Source of the DNA: Mytilus edulis
Lineage: Eukaryota
Assembly: GCF_963676685.1 (NCBI RefSeq)
Contig: NC_092345.1
Location: 11,346,001 to 11,410,000, forward strand
Direction: 5' to 3'
DNA length: 64,000 nucleotides
Part shown: one piece after another, positions 38,201 through 52,300 of the stretch
Layout: every line of letters starts with the position of its first letter
Numbering within the stretch: the first letter of the stretch is position 1
The notes under the pieces: generated by a model
The model's input: the letters and a program-made list of their open reading frames with translations, nothing else
Told to the model about the DNA's origin: nothing
The model's database searches: none
Made by a program: the position numbers and the translations under genes

Positions 38201-38230
38201 GTTCATTTCTAACAAGGAAATTGTGCTTAA

Positions 38231-39207
38231 GGGCATACGATACAGTTTTGATCCCGTATTTACAGTTTGATAAAAAAAATTCCATATAGGCTATTTTTTG
38301 CCTGATTAAATCAAATATGTAATAAAAAATATACCTTCATGTGCTACTTTTTGAGTAAAATGAGGTCGAAATGTATATTTGCTCAAAATTCGGATTTGTG
38401 GCCGTATTTTTCTTTCGAAAGAAAGCCATAACTTTTTTGTTTTAAAAGATAAACACAAACTGTTGTTTGTTAAATAATTTGTAATTTCTGTATTTTATAA
38501 GTATCCTAAAAACTTATGCATTTTTTATGTAGAAATAACTCATATTGTGCGTATTGTTATGCGTTTACTTTTTTACATTGGCTAGAGGTATAGGGGGAGG
38601 GTTGAGATCTCACAAACATGTTTAACCCCGCCACATTTTTGCGCCTGTCCCAAGTCAGGAGCCTCTGGCCTTTGTTAGTCTTGTATTATTTTAATTTTAG
38701 TTTCTTGTGTACAATTTGGAAATTAGTATGGCGTTCATTATCACTGAACTAGTATATATTTGTTTAGGGGCCAGCTGAAGGACGCCTCCGGGTGCGGGAA
38801 TTTCTCGCTACATTGAAGACCTGTTGGTGACCTTCTGCTGTTGTTTTTTTCTATGGTCGGGTTGTTGTCTCTATGGCACATTCCCCATTTCCATTCTCAA
38901 TTTTATTATCAAATGGTCATGAATTGAGAAAAAAACGTAATTTTTTGCTGTATATTTATCAACATTAAAAATATTGCACTATTTACAGTTTTATCAAATT
39001 TGGTTCACATAATCTACCTGCAAAATGAAACAAAATGTTGTTTTAAAAAATAGGGGTCCATGCACTCGTTTGAAAATTAAATCAGTTTGAATGATAAAAA
39101 TCAGTTGAAAAATGCATCTTTTCCCGGAATGTCACAGCTTGACGTCGCGAAAATAACATTTTACATTAGCAACGTCATTACCTCCCCTGTAACTGTATCG
39201 TATGCCC
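38231..39207. mobile_element. Kolobok-type non-autonomous element with nested ~360-bp dispersed repeat (38543-38907)
   Basis: ttaa|GGGCATACGATACAGTT...AACTGTATCGTATGCCC|ttaa. The nested repeat ends CACATTCCCCATTTCCATTCTCAATTTTA and also occurs partially at ~48985-49130(-), 58180-58280 and 59660-59730. Confidence 0.8.
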
Positions 39208-40399
39208 TTAAGATATTCAATTATTTGATAATGTAGAGAATATAGAGCCATAAAGAGATCCTTTTTTTCCTCTTTTTTGTTAAAGATATGAAATAAAGCT
39301 ACTGCCGGAACAATTGTTTTTTTGGCATTTTAAGGTTCAACAACAAATATTTCATATATATTCAGGAATTATGAAGGTATGAATCAACCCTGCTCCATAT
39401 ACTACATGTACACTAAAAGAATCTGATTTTAGTATGCTAGCTCATAGAAAGACCCTAAAGATGTCAGACCACCAATTACTCCCTCCAATTAGAACATATA
39501 TAAAAGAAGGCCTACTCGGGGAAAAAATTTAGTGCATTTGATGTCATTGCTTACTTAAACTAACCAATAAATTTGCATAAATAAAACTTTTGGTGAAAGA
39601 GAAATATATTTAGACCATTTCAAGCCAAAATTTACTTGTCTATGAGTGTGCATTAACCATATTGCCCTCCATAGTAAAACTATACTAATTTAAGATTTCC
39701 AGAAAACCAGGGGTTATTTTAGCGGTACCTCAGTTCGGGAGGTCTCTTCTTTCTTGTAAGATTTTAAAGAAATTTTGAAAAGTGACAAGTAGAAAAGTGA
39801 TACCTGTACAATTCAGGATATACCTGGTTTCTAAAAAGTTAAACTTAACGTAAAATGTGTAGAAAGCTGTGAAAATTTCAAAATTTGGTTGACCAGATAG
39901 GGATTTTTAATTGGTGGTCGAACACCTATTGTCTACAGAAATACCTGTGCTCTACTGTATACCTAGTTTTGATTACAAGCTAAAGTTCTTTGCTCATATG
40001 TCTAAGGACCACTTGCTTTTGAAAAGAAACAACATAAACTGTTTTTAAAGTCTTGTTTGAATTAGATATTGATCAAACCAGTAACTTTCTGCACTTGTGA
40101 CAAGCAGGTGACCACCAATCCAGTATATTGCACAATATAATAGATGATTAAACAAGACAAAGTTTAAAAATGTCCAGTAAATAAATATGTACCTTCATCA
40201 TATGAAGAATGAAAATTTTCAAACTTTCTTGTCCGACAATTTAAAGATATTTTTTTAAAACACCAGAACACGTTGAATATACCTAAATAAGAGTGCACAC
40301 AATGTCTCACCTTTATTACTTACCATTGATTTTATGTGGATAGTCCTATAAATAAAGCTTTATTACAAGTATCGCATGAACTTAACATGATCTGAGAAA

Positions 40400-42900
40400 A
40401 TGTGAACAAGGTAAGATAAACCGAACAAGAAATACATGTACACTTTACGATCATTCAATTCACCAAATATAGTTGACCTATTGCTTATAGTTTCTAAAAA
40501 ATAGACTTAACCAAGAAAACTGAACATTGACCAATTAACCATAAAAATGAGGTCAAGGTCAGATGAACCATGTCAGAAAAACACCTTACAATCATTCCAT
40601 ACAACAAACATAGTATTTAGTTGACCTATCGCTTTTAGTATCTAAGAAAACAGAACAAATCACAACCAGATGCTCTGCAGGGCGCAGCTTTATACGACCA
40701 CAGAGGTTGAACACTGAACGGTTTGGGCAAGAATGGATACAACATTCAAGCTGGATTAAGCTTTAAATTTGGATTGTGATTAAATAGTTGACACAGCATA
40801 GGTTTCTGACACAGAATGAATGTCGTCTAATGAACTTAAAATATTTTGTTTGCCTTTGAGCAATTCACTATGCTGTTGAATATTAATCCTCTCAAAAAAA
40901 TGTTTGAAGAAATTTTCTTTTTATTTATGAAATCTGAAATGAGAAAAATTTAACAATGATTTAAGTTGATTCAACTATTATTCTGGACAAAGAAAGATAA
41001 CTCCAGTCAATTGAAAATTTCTTGCTATTGCACAATATTGTGCAATTAGATATTTCTTGCTATTGCGCAATACTGTGCAATTGAAAATATTTGCTATTGC
41101 ACAGTGCAATTGAAGATTTCTTGCTATTGCTGAATACTGTGCAATTGAAAATTTCTTGCTATTGCACAATACTTATTATAATAATTTTGGATCCTGATTT
41201 GAACCAACTTGAAAACTGGGCCCATAATCAAAAATCTAAGTACATGTTTAATTTCAGCATATCAAAAAAGCCCAAGAATTCAATTTTTGTTAAAATCAAA
41301 CTTAGTTTAATTTTGGACCCTTTGGACTTTAATGTAGACTAATTTGAAAACGGGACTAAAAATTAAGAATCTACATACAGTTAGATATGGCATATCAAAG
41401 AACCCCAATTATTCAATTTTTGATGAAATCAAACAAAGTTTAATTTTGGACCCCGATTTGGACCAACTTGAAAACTGGGCCAATAATCAAAAATCTAAGT
41501 ACATTTTTAGATTCAGCATATCAAAGAACCCCAAGGATTCATTTTTTGTTAAAATCAAACTAAGTTTAATTTTGGACCATTTGGACCTAAATGTAGACCA
41601 ATTTGAAATGGGACCAAAAATTAAAAATCTACATACAGTTAGATTTGGCATATCAAAGAACCCCAATTATTCAATTTTGGACCCTTTGGGCCCCTTATTC
41701 CTAAACTGTTGGGACCAAAACTCACAAAATCAAACCCAACCTTCCTTCAGTGATCATAAACCTTGTGTTTAAATTTCATAGATTTCTATTTACTTATACT
41801 AAAGTTATGGTGCGAAAACCAAGAATAATGCTTACTTGGGCCCCTTTTTGGCCCTTAATTCCTAAACTGTTCAGACCTCAACTCCCAAAATCATTCCCAA
41901 CCTTCCTTTTGTGGTCATAAACCTTGTGTTTAAATTTCATTGATTTCTATTTACTTATACTAAAGTTATAGTGCGAAAACCAAGAATAATGCTTATTTGG
42001 GCCCTTTTTTGGCCCCTAATTCCTAAACTGTTTTAACTAAAACTCCCAAAATCAATCCCACCTTCCTTTTGTGGTCATAAACCTTGTGTCAAAATTTCAT
42101 AGATTTCTATTCACTTTTACTAAAGTAAGAGTGCGAAAACCAAAAGTATTCGGACGTCGACGAAGCAGACGATGACGCCAACGTGATACCAATATAGGAC
42201 CAAAATTTTTTTAATTTTTGCGGTCGTATAAAAACTTTAAACTGAGCAATTAACCATAAAAATGAGGTCAAGGTCAATGAAAATCTTTATGACTGATATG
42301 TATGTTGATACATCTCAAAATATTTCCCTTCACCAAATATAGTTCCTATTCCATATAGTATTAGAACAAAAGACCAAACCTCAACACTCAACTTTGACCA
42401 CTTAACCATGAAAATGAGGTCAATGTCAGATGAACCATGTCAGACAAACATGGACACCTTACAATCATTACATACAACAAACATAGTAATTAGTTGACCT
42501 ATTGCTTTTAGTATCTTAGAAAACAACAAATCACAAACACTTTACACTGAGCAATTAACCATAAAAATGAGGTCAAGGTCAATGAAAATCTTTATGACTG
42601 ATATGCAAGTTGATACATCTCAAAATATTTCCCTTCACCAAATATAGTTCCTATTCCATATAGTATTAGAACAAAAGACCAAAACTCAACACTCAACTTT
42701 GACCACTGAACCATGAAAATGAGGTCAAGGTCAGATCATTAGATGACACCTGCCAGTTGAACATGTACACCTTACAATCATTCCATACACCAAATATAGA
42801 AGACCCATTGCGTACAGTATCTGATATGTGGACTTGACCAACAAAACTTAACCTTGTTCACTTGTCCATAAAATGGACCAAGGTCAAATGAAAACTATCT
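40400..42900. repeat. Degenerate ~160-bp-unit bivalve satellite-like array (AAAATGAGGTCAAGGTCA core) interrupted by a HINE
   Basis: Recurrent TGACC..ACCAT.AAAATGAGGTCAAGGTCA and CCATACACCAAATATAG at ~40380-40660 and 42235-42900. Confidence 0.65.
40665..42234. mobile_element. HINE/Helentron-associated element carrying internal ~259-bp and ~161-bp tandem repeats
   Basis: End hairpin GCTCTGCAGGGCGCAGC, subterminal inverted repeat TTATACGACCACA / TGCGGTCGTATAA, a GAC-rich microsatellite near 42155, and ApaI-site (GGGCCC) monomers at 41680-42140. Confidence 0.65.
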
Positions 42901-43308
42901 GGTGGGCACAAGGACATTTTTTTATATAGATTAGATTGTTGGTTTTCCTGCTTGAATTGTTTTACACTTCAATGAATTGTCATTTTGTGGGCTCTTTATA
43001 GCCTGTTGTTCAGTGTGAGCCAGGGCTTGAGAGTGTTGAAAGTCATACTTTGACCCATAATGGTTTACTTTTTACAAATTGGATGGAGAGTTGTCTCATT
43101 GGCAATCATACCACATCTTTTTATATTAATACAAGTATTCACAAACATAGAACTTATGAAGAATTTAAATATTTTATTCATTCTAATTTTTTTAATTGTG
43201 AAAAGATATCTTTCACTTTGTTTGACCATTTAAAATCTATGTTGTGAAAAGCAATGTTTTGTCAAACTTCAGCACTTATTTAACTGGTTAATCTGGATTC
43301 TCTGGAGG

Positions 43309-46300
43309 CTAAGTTGTACCAGAGGGTCTGAAAAATAAAAAAAAAGTCTTATTAATAATTAAAATCAAAATCTAATTGAACAATCATATTTCATAATTTG
43401 GGTTATGAATAAATCCGATATTCATGTCAATGGTTGTGTGAGGTTAGGGTTGTTGACAACATTTTTTGTAGATAATGTCTGCCTATAATGGTTGTGTGAG
43501 GTTAGGGCTGTTGACAACATTTTTTGTAGAAAATGTCTGCCTATAATGGTTGTGTGAGGTTAGGGCTGTTGACAACATTGTTTGTAGATAATGTCTGCCT
43601 ATAATGGTTGTGTGAGGTTAGGGCTGTTGACAACATTGTTTGTAGATAATGTCTGCCTATAATGGTTGTGTGAGGTTAGGGCTGTTGACAACATTTTTTG
43701 TAGATAATGTCTGCCTATAATGGTTGTGTGAGGTTAGGGCTGTTGACAACATTGTTTGTAGATAATGTCTGCCTATAATGGTTGTGTGAGGTTAGGGCTG
43801 TTGACAACATTGTTTGTAGATAATGTCTGCCTATAATGGTTGTGTGAGGTTAGGGCTGTTGACAACATTGTTTGTAGATAATGTCTGCCTATAATGCTTG
43901 TGTGAGGTTAGGGCTGTTGACAACATTGTTTGTAGATAATGTCTGCCTATAATGGTTGTGTGAGGTTAGGGCTGTTGACAACATTGTTTGTAGATAATGT
44001 CTGCCTATAATGGTTGTGTGAGGTTAGGGCTGTTGACAACATTTTTTGTAGATAATGTCTGCCTATAATGGTTGTGTGAGGGGCTGTTGACAACATTTTT
44101 TGTAGATAATGTCTGCCTATAATGGTTGTGTGAGGGGCTGTTGACAACATTTTTTGTAGATAATATCTGCCTATAATGGTTGTGTGAGGGGCTGTTGACA
44201 ACATTTTTTGTAGATAATGTCTGCCTATAATGGTTGTGTGAGGGGCTGTTGACAACATTTTTTGTAGATAATATCTGCCTATAATGGTTGTGTGAGGGGC
44301 TGTTAACATTTTTTGTAGATAATGTCTGCCTATAATGGTTGTGTGAGGGCTGTTGACAACATTTTTTGTAGATAATGTCTGCCTATAATGGTTGTGTGAG
44401 GGGCTGTTGACAACATTTTTTGTAGATAATGTCTGCCTATAATGGTCGTGTGAGGGGCTGTTGACAACATTTTTTGTAGATAATGTCTGCCTATAATGGT
44501 TGTGTGAGGGCTGTTGACAACATTTTTTGTAGATAATGTCTGCCTATAATGGTTGTGTGAGGGGCTGTTGACAACATTTTTTGTAGATAATGTCTGCCTA
44601 TAATGGTTGTGTGAGGTTAGGGCTGTTGACAACATTTTTTGTAGATAATGTCTGCCTATAATGGTTGTGTGAGGTTAGGGATGTTGACAACATTTTTTGT
44701 AGATAATGTCTGCCTATAATGGTTGTGTGAGGTTAGGGCTGTTGACAACATTTTTTGTAGATAATGTCTGCCTATAATGGTTGTGTGAGGTTAGGGCTGT
44801 TGACAACATTTTTTGTAGATAATGTCTGCCTATAATGGTTGTGTGAGGTTAGGGCTGTTGACAACATTGTTTGTAGATAATGTCTGCCTATAATGGTTGT
44901 GTGAGGTTAGGGCTGTTGACAACATTTTTTGTAGATAATGTCTGCCTATAATGGTTGTGTGAGGTTAGGGCTGTTGACAACATTTTTTGTAGATAATGTC
45001 TGCCTATAAAGGTTGTGTGAGGTTAGGGCTGTTGACAACATTTTTTGTAGATAATGTCTGCCTATAATGGTTGTGTGAGGTTAGGGCTGTTGACAACATT
45101 TTTTGTAGATAATGTCTGCCTATAATGGTTGTGTGAGGTTAGGGCTGTTGACAACATTTTTTGTAGATAATATCTGCCTATAATGGTTGTGTGAGGTTAG
45201 GGCTGTTGACAACATTGTTTGTAGATAATGTCTGCCTATAATGGTTGTGTGAGGTTAGGGCTGTTGACAACATTGTTTGTAGATAATGTCTGCCTATAAT
45301 GGTTGTGTGAGGTTAGGGCTGTTGACAACATTTTTTGTAGATAATGTCTGCCTATAATGGTTGTGTGAGGTTAGGGCTGTTGACAACATTGTTTGTAGAT
45401 AATATCTGCCTATAATGGTTGTGTGAGGTTAGGGCTGTTGACAACATTTTTTGTAGATAATGTCTGCCTATAATGGTTGTGTGAGGTTAGGGCTGTTGAC
45501 AACATTTTTTGTAGATAATGTCTGCCTATAATGGTTGTGTGAGGTTAGGGCTGTTGACAACATTTTTTGTAGATAATGTCTGCCTATAATGGTTGTGTGA
45601 GGTTAGGGCTGTTGACAACATTGTTTGTAGATAATGTCTGCCTATAATGGTTGTGTGAGGTTAGGGCTGTTGACAACATTGTTTGTAGATAATGTCTGCC
45701 TATAATGGTTGTGTGAGGTTAGGGCTGTTGACAACATTGTTTGTAGATAATGTCTGCCTATAATGGTTGTGTGAGGTTAGGGCTGTTGACAACATTGTTT
45801 GTAGATAATGTCTGCCTATAATGGTTGTGTGAGGTTAGGGCTGTTGACAACATTGTTTGTAGATAATGTCTGCCTATAATGGTTGTGTGAGGTTAGGGCT
45901 GTTGACAACATTGTTTGTAGATAATATCTGCCTATAATGGTTGTGTGAGGTTAGGGCTGTTGACAACATTTTTTGTAGATAATGTCTGCCTATAATGGTT
46001 GTGTGAGGTTAGGGCTGTTGACAACATTTTTTGTAGATAATGTCTGCCTATAATGGTTGTGTGAGGTTAGGGCTGTTGACAACATTGTTTGTAGATAATA
46101 TCTGCCTATAATGGTTGTGTGAGGTTAGGGCTGTTGACAACATTGTTTGTAGATAATATCTGCCTATAATGGTTGTGTGAGGTTAGGGCTGTTGACAACA
46201 TTGTTTGTAGATAATATCTGCCTATAATGGTTGTGTGAGGTTAGGGCTGTTGACAACATTGTTTGTAGATAATGTCTGCCTATAATCACCATAGATAAGT

Positions 46301-49300
46301 AATTCACTCTCCTTTATTTGTAAAATTGATAAAAACTAAACATATGTGCTTGATCTGCAATTTTGTTGTCACATGTTTTCGTGCTTGATGTTTGTTATCC
46401 ACCGTGTGTAATACAAATTGGTGAAAAAGCAACAATTGAGCAATTTTATTTCATCATGAAATTCAATACCCCTCTCTAAGTACAGCCCTATTTATTACAC
46501 TCTTTCCACTGATCAGCTGTTTATACAGGCCTATTAAGATTTTTCCTTACACTAACTACCATGAAAATGAACAAATTTGTTACAAAACAAACACAAAACA
46601 AGCATAATTTATTGAAGTTGTAAAATTGCAATAAAATAGAAAAGCAAGTCTTTCATATACATGATTAAATTGCAATTAATTAAACAATTTAAGTTTTTAC
46701 CCAAAACAAAACTGGTATCAGACTAAACATTACACTTACTTTGCCCATTCAACATTAAGAATAAGATGATCATATCCAAATCCAGACACACCAGCAATGG
46801 CCCGAGCTGCATCCTCCCTTCTGTGGAAGTTGATAAATGCAAACCCCTGTAAAACAGAACAATTAGCATTTTAGGACAGTTATAATATCTAATCTAGAGG
46901 TGTACTTTTCTCATTGATTTTTCAGTTTACACCTCAGTTTATTCATGTTCATCCACATACAATTTCAGTAAATACAACCATCAAATATATATAAAGATAA
47001 AAACAATAGAAATTAAAATTATGAACAATATATATAATATGTCAGAAAAAACATTTGTGTTTTTAGAGTCACTCAATTAATTAACCCTTTTCTAGGCTGT
47101 AACCATAACAATTTTATTTCTAGCAAAAAGACCAAAAATAATTTACATAAAATCAAATATTTTATGCGACCTTTAATGAATATAATTGTTAACTTCATTT
47201 GTCAAATCAAAGTGCTTGTAAGCACTGAATGGTAAAGATTGTTTTAATTTATCAGTGGGAAGTAAAATTAAATATTGCAATGTCTAAAGCATTGGTTGTA
47301 GTTGATTCAACTACAATTATTGACAATGGAAGATAACTCCTATTTTCTAAAGATGACTTTAACAATGTCAGACATCATGGATATTTTTAGAACAGATATT
47401 AGATTAAGTCCAGTCAATCTAGCATAAATTTGACCCCAACCTGAAAGTAATTGCAACAGAAGATTTTTAAGTTTTAATCTTTAGCATTATACCCCAAATA
47501 TACACAGAAAAAAGTCCCATAAAATCTTACTTGAGGAAGACTAAAACAATCACCATTTAATATTCCTATGGAGATTTGCGTTGAAAAGGGAGATAACTCT
47601 TGCAAAAAAGGCAGAAATATCAATAAAAATTGATACAAAATTATAATTTAACCGCTTCCATTCATCAGAATGCATAGGCGGATCCAGGAGGGCCCCCCTT
47701 TCGTGGGAAAAATTAGGTTGATTATATAGGGAATCATTGAAGCATGACTGGAGCGGGCCCCCCCTTAGGAAAAGTTCTGGATCCGCCACTAAAATGTATT
47801 GATTATTGATTTTTTAGTGGTATTTAGAGTATAACAAACAATTCTAAAGGTATTTTCACATATTTTTTATCAAGCTATTATCTAGATTTCGTAATTCATT
47901 AGTTGACCATTTATTGAATTTTTCAACATGTCAAGGTAAAGAATCTCAAATTTGATAAAAATAATTAAGCATGTATTCTTCTTTTTGTGGTTTAAAGTTT
48001 CTTTAGAAAAGTAAGATGCTGAAAGAATATAATACACAGATATAAACAATACCAAATTTTCATATTATTTTTTCAAAATGGTCACAAAGCTTCAAATTTG
48101 CAATTTCTTTAATGAAAAATGCACCAAAAAAATATAACTACCCATAACACATCGATTTTGTACATTTCATGAGCAGAAGATTATATAATTTAGTTAAATA
48201 CAAACTTATAACTCCATCAAAGTATCGTACTTTCAAAAAAATCAACCAAAAACTGATCAAGAAAGGACTCATTTTTGCGGAGTTATCTCCCCTTCCAAAG
48301 TTTATTTCCATAGGAAATTAAAAATACTGATTTTGAGTTTTCCTCACCTTAGATTTTATGGGACTTTTTTCTGTGTAAATAAAGGACATAATGCTATAGA
48401 TTAGAACTAAAACATTTTCTGTTGCAATTAGTTTGAGGTTAAATCTTAGTTTGACTGGACTAATTCCTGCACCTTGCAAAAGTTATGCAATTTTCTTGTC
48501 AGGTGTACCATTGTTTTGTGATAATGCTTAAGACTAACAACATGAGCAGTATTTAGCCTTACCTTAGACTGCCCTGTATTTTTGTCTTTTGCCAAGTAAA
48601 TTCTCTGTATAGGACCAAATGGTCTAAACAATTCCTGTAAATCAGACTCTCTGGTATCCTCTGATAAATTAGTAACTCTAATAGTAGCAGACTCATCTGA
48701 AATATTTACAAATCAATAGAAGGAGGCAAACACAAAAAAAACAACATCTAAAATAAATATTATAATATCATGAGTGGCCAAATCATTTCAAACAATGTGT
48801 TAAATTTTACAAAAAGACATCTTCACAATAAGAATAAGATACAGCATATCCCTCAAGCAATTGTATAATTATTTGTTTTTTCCCTTGCAGTAAACTCTTG
48901 TTGTCTCAAACTAAATAGGACTTTAATTTCAATTCAACATTTTTCTGTCAATTGTAAACTGATACACTAAAGACCTGTAGAATAAAATATGAAATTTGAG
49001 AAAGGAAATGGGAAATGTGTCAAAGCGACAACAACCCGACCATAGAACAGACAACAGCCGAAGGCCACCAATGGGTCTTCAATGTAGCTAGAAACTCCCG
49101 CATCCGGAGGCATCTTTCAGCTGGCACCTAAAAAAATATTGTCTGCAATGGTACAGTCATAATCACTGACAACCCTGATTATTTTACCTCTTTTAGACTG
49201 CATTGTCTCCCCTTTTCCTTTAGATGGTCCATCTCTAAGACTGGGTGGGACATACTTTCCACCTGCTTTATTAGCCTGAGCTGGTGCCCCAGGAATAGCT

Positions 49301-52300
49301 GGTGTTGGTACTGCTCCTGCTTCTCCTGCTGGTTTATCTCCATCTTGTAGTTTCTCCTGGATTGGACCTAAAGTGTCCTTGTATGGACATTTAGTAGTCC
49401 AATGGTCTCCTTTACATATACGACAAGACACCATTTTCGTGGCCTTCAGTTTAGCCAGTGGGTCTTCTTCTTTTTCTTCTTTAACCTGTAAAATTGTAAA
49501 AGTTTAAATCTAAATCCAAACAAAATATTTGACCATAGGACATCATGCCTTAACTGCTACTATCTCATTTCCATTTTCAATCTACACTTCAGACTTGGGG
49601 TCAATTACATTGGAATGTAATTAATTAAATTACACATTACATTGCAAAAATGATCAATTACACTAATTACACATTACAGTTTTTGAAATGTAATTAATTA
49701 AATTACAATTACTTTACTAAAGTAATTAATTAAATTACACATTACATTTCATCATGATATTTTTTAATAATCTTTTACATGTATATATAATGCATGTGTA
49801 AAATATTCACGTAAGCATTCATTCATTCATATCTTTAATTCCTCATAAATGAGATTCAATGAACATACAATTAATAAATATAAGCAAACGTTACAACATA
49901 ATTACACACAAATAATAAGTATAAGAGCAAAGTATAAGGTAAATACACAAAAGATGATATATAAATAATCTATAAAAGCAATGTTTAAAGTATAACTGCA
50001 GTGACACATCATGTATTGACACATCGTGTATTGACACATCTAATAACACTGTCTAAGAGATCGACTATATTCTGCTACACACTGAATAACATGTGCATGA
50101 CACAGCTTGAGAAATTGAACCGATTCATCTATGCTTGAAAAAATTGTCAGTGGTTTTCGACCGAGTAACATTTGAAACAGGATTTCGTCGTCATACATGT
50201 TTAATTCACAGTAAAGCTGCACTGGAAAATTGTCACTTAAAATGTCCCACCAGACTTCTCGCTGTGCATTAGTACTTGGACAATTGCAACAAGCGTGTAC
50301 ATAAACATCTTTAAAATTCCTTGAACATATATCACATATATCACTTGTTGTATTTGGTATTTCAGTTAGTAATTTAGTGATTAAAAAAGAATTTTTAATC
50401 TCATTAAAAGAATTTGAGTGTTTCCAAAATTCTGTAATTGTCACTGACGTATGAATATTCCTGAAACGTGTGAAGCTGTCATCTGAAATAACACGGTTTA
50501 ACCAATTGTTTAACTGTATACTATCGACTGCGCTATAAACAATAGACTTCCAGCAATTGTAAATAATCTTTCGACAGAAGCTAATGTGCTAAATATTGCT
50601 TGATCAGAACATGGAAGTTTTATGATTAGAAGATCATCATATTGATAGGAGAGGGAATTTGTTCCTATTTACAAAAGGCATTTTAACTTCGCAGAAATGA
50701 ACTCATTTGAATTAAACATAATATGAATAAAGAAATTATAAATGAATTAGAATTTTATTTTTATTTTTTAAATATTAAAAAGTGTGCTTGTCACAATATT
50801 GAAATAAATTTTTAGTACAAACAATGTATATATATATAATGTCTAAATATAAGCAATATTTTGCTAATTAGATAAAATATATGTAATAGTGGCATTGCCT
50901 CTGGACATTTTAATCTGATTAATTGCTGTTTGTTTTTACAGCTGTTAATTTTTATTTCTATAATCCTTTTGTGTATACTAATTTGACAAAATGATTGTAT
51001 GCAGTGATTCAATTCTAAAATTGTCTAAGAAAGATGTTTTACAGTGACACATTTTTGTGTTTTGTTTAACAAGCTGATTAATTAATTATCAATCTATTTA
51101 GTTAAAAGATCTTTCTTAAAAACTGAACAACACTAATATATGATTCTCACATTTTGTAAATTATAAGACTATTAAAAAAATCTAAAGTTCAAATAAATGA
51201 TATAAAAACTTCAGAATAAATTACAGACTTCATATATTAAAAAAGCATGTGATATCAATATTTGAAAAATACATGTACATATAATTTTACAATTTGTATA
51301 ATTAAACACAAATCCTTATCTTTAACACCATAAAAGTACATGTAATTGAAATGTAATTCAAAAGTAATTCAGCATTACATGCTTTTTTCAATGTAATTAA
51401 TTAAATTACCATTACATGTAATTAAAAAAATGCTCAATTACACATTACATGCAATTAATTACATGGAAAAGTGTAATGCATTACACTTAATTACCATTAC
51501 ATTTTTAATTACCCCATCCCTGCTACACTTATACAAAATGATCATACACATGTATTCACTAATCAATCATTTTAAAATACAAATAACTTACTGAATTGAA
51601 TTTTCATTTTAGGATTGCTATGCTTGTAATACAACTGTCACTCAGTATTGTATGCAATCTAAAGGTCCACTCCAACATAATATTTTTTTTGTTTTAATAT
51701 ATTAGTTGGACATCAGGCTTATAAAAGCTTAATTTTAACATGAATTCATACCTGACAGGAAACTATACTGATAAAATTTAGAAGAGTTATTCATTTATTT
51801 ATAACTTTTGGGCAAACAACATCAACAATTTCGACACTTACAAATCAAAACTTATTATTCAAAGATGAAAAGCAAACATATCATACTGATTTCACTGGAA
51901 GTAAGCTTCATCATGTATCATCAAGACAAAAAGTTTGTAAAGCCAACAATAGGACAAAAATCTTTCAGAGCATACCAAACTTAGAAAGGCCATCAAAAGA
52001 ACAGCCAAAACTGACATATTATGTCAAGTTCACCTGAGGTAGTCAAAAGAACAGCCAAAACTGACATATGTCAAGTTCACCTGAGGTAGTCAAAAGAACA
52101 GCCAAAACTGACATATGTCAAGTTCACCTGAGGTAGTCAAAAGAACAGCCAAAACTGACATATGTCAAGTTGACCTGAGGTAGTTTCTGCAAATTATGAT
52201 CCATGCACAAGTATCATTTAAAGAATATATATTTGCATTTTATACAGCTTTTCTGATTTTTGTTTTTATTAGTTTGTTTCAATTTTGATCTGTAAATTTT

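Noticed and set aside
41091-41772. ORFs of 83 and 142 aa with internal repeats
   Set aside because: Translations of the ~259-bp tandem units inside the HINE.
43429-46285. CRISPR-like appearance, and repetitive ORFs at 43947-44309 and 44330-44635
   Set aside because: Units are head-to-tail identical with no unique spacers, there are no cas genes, and it lies in a eukaryotic intron. The ORFs arise only where 54-bp variants keep frame.
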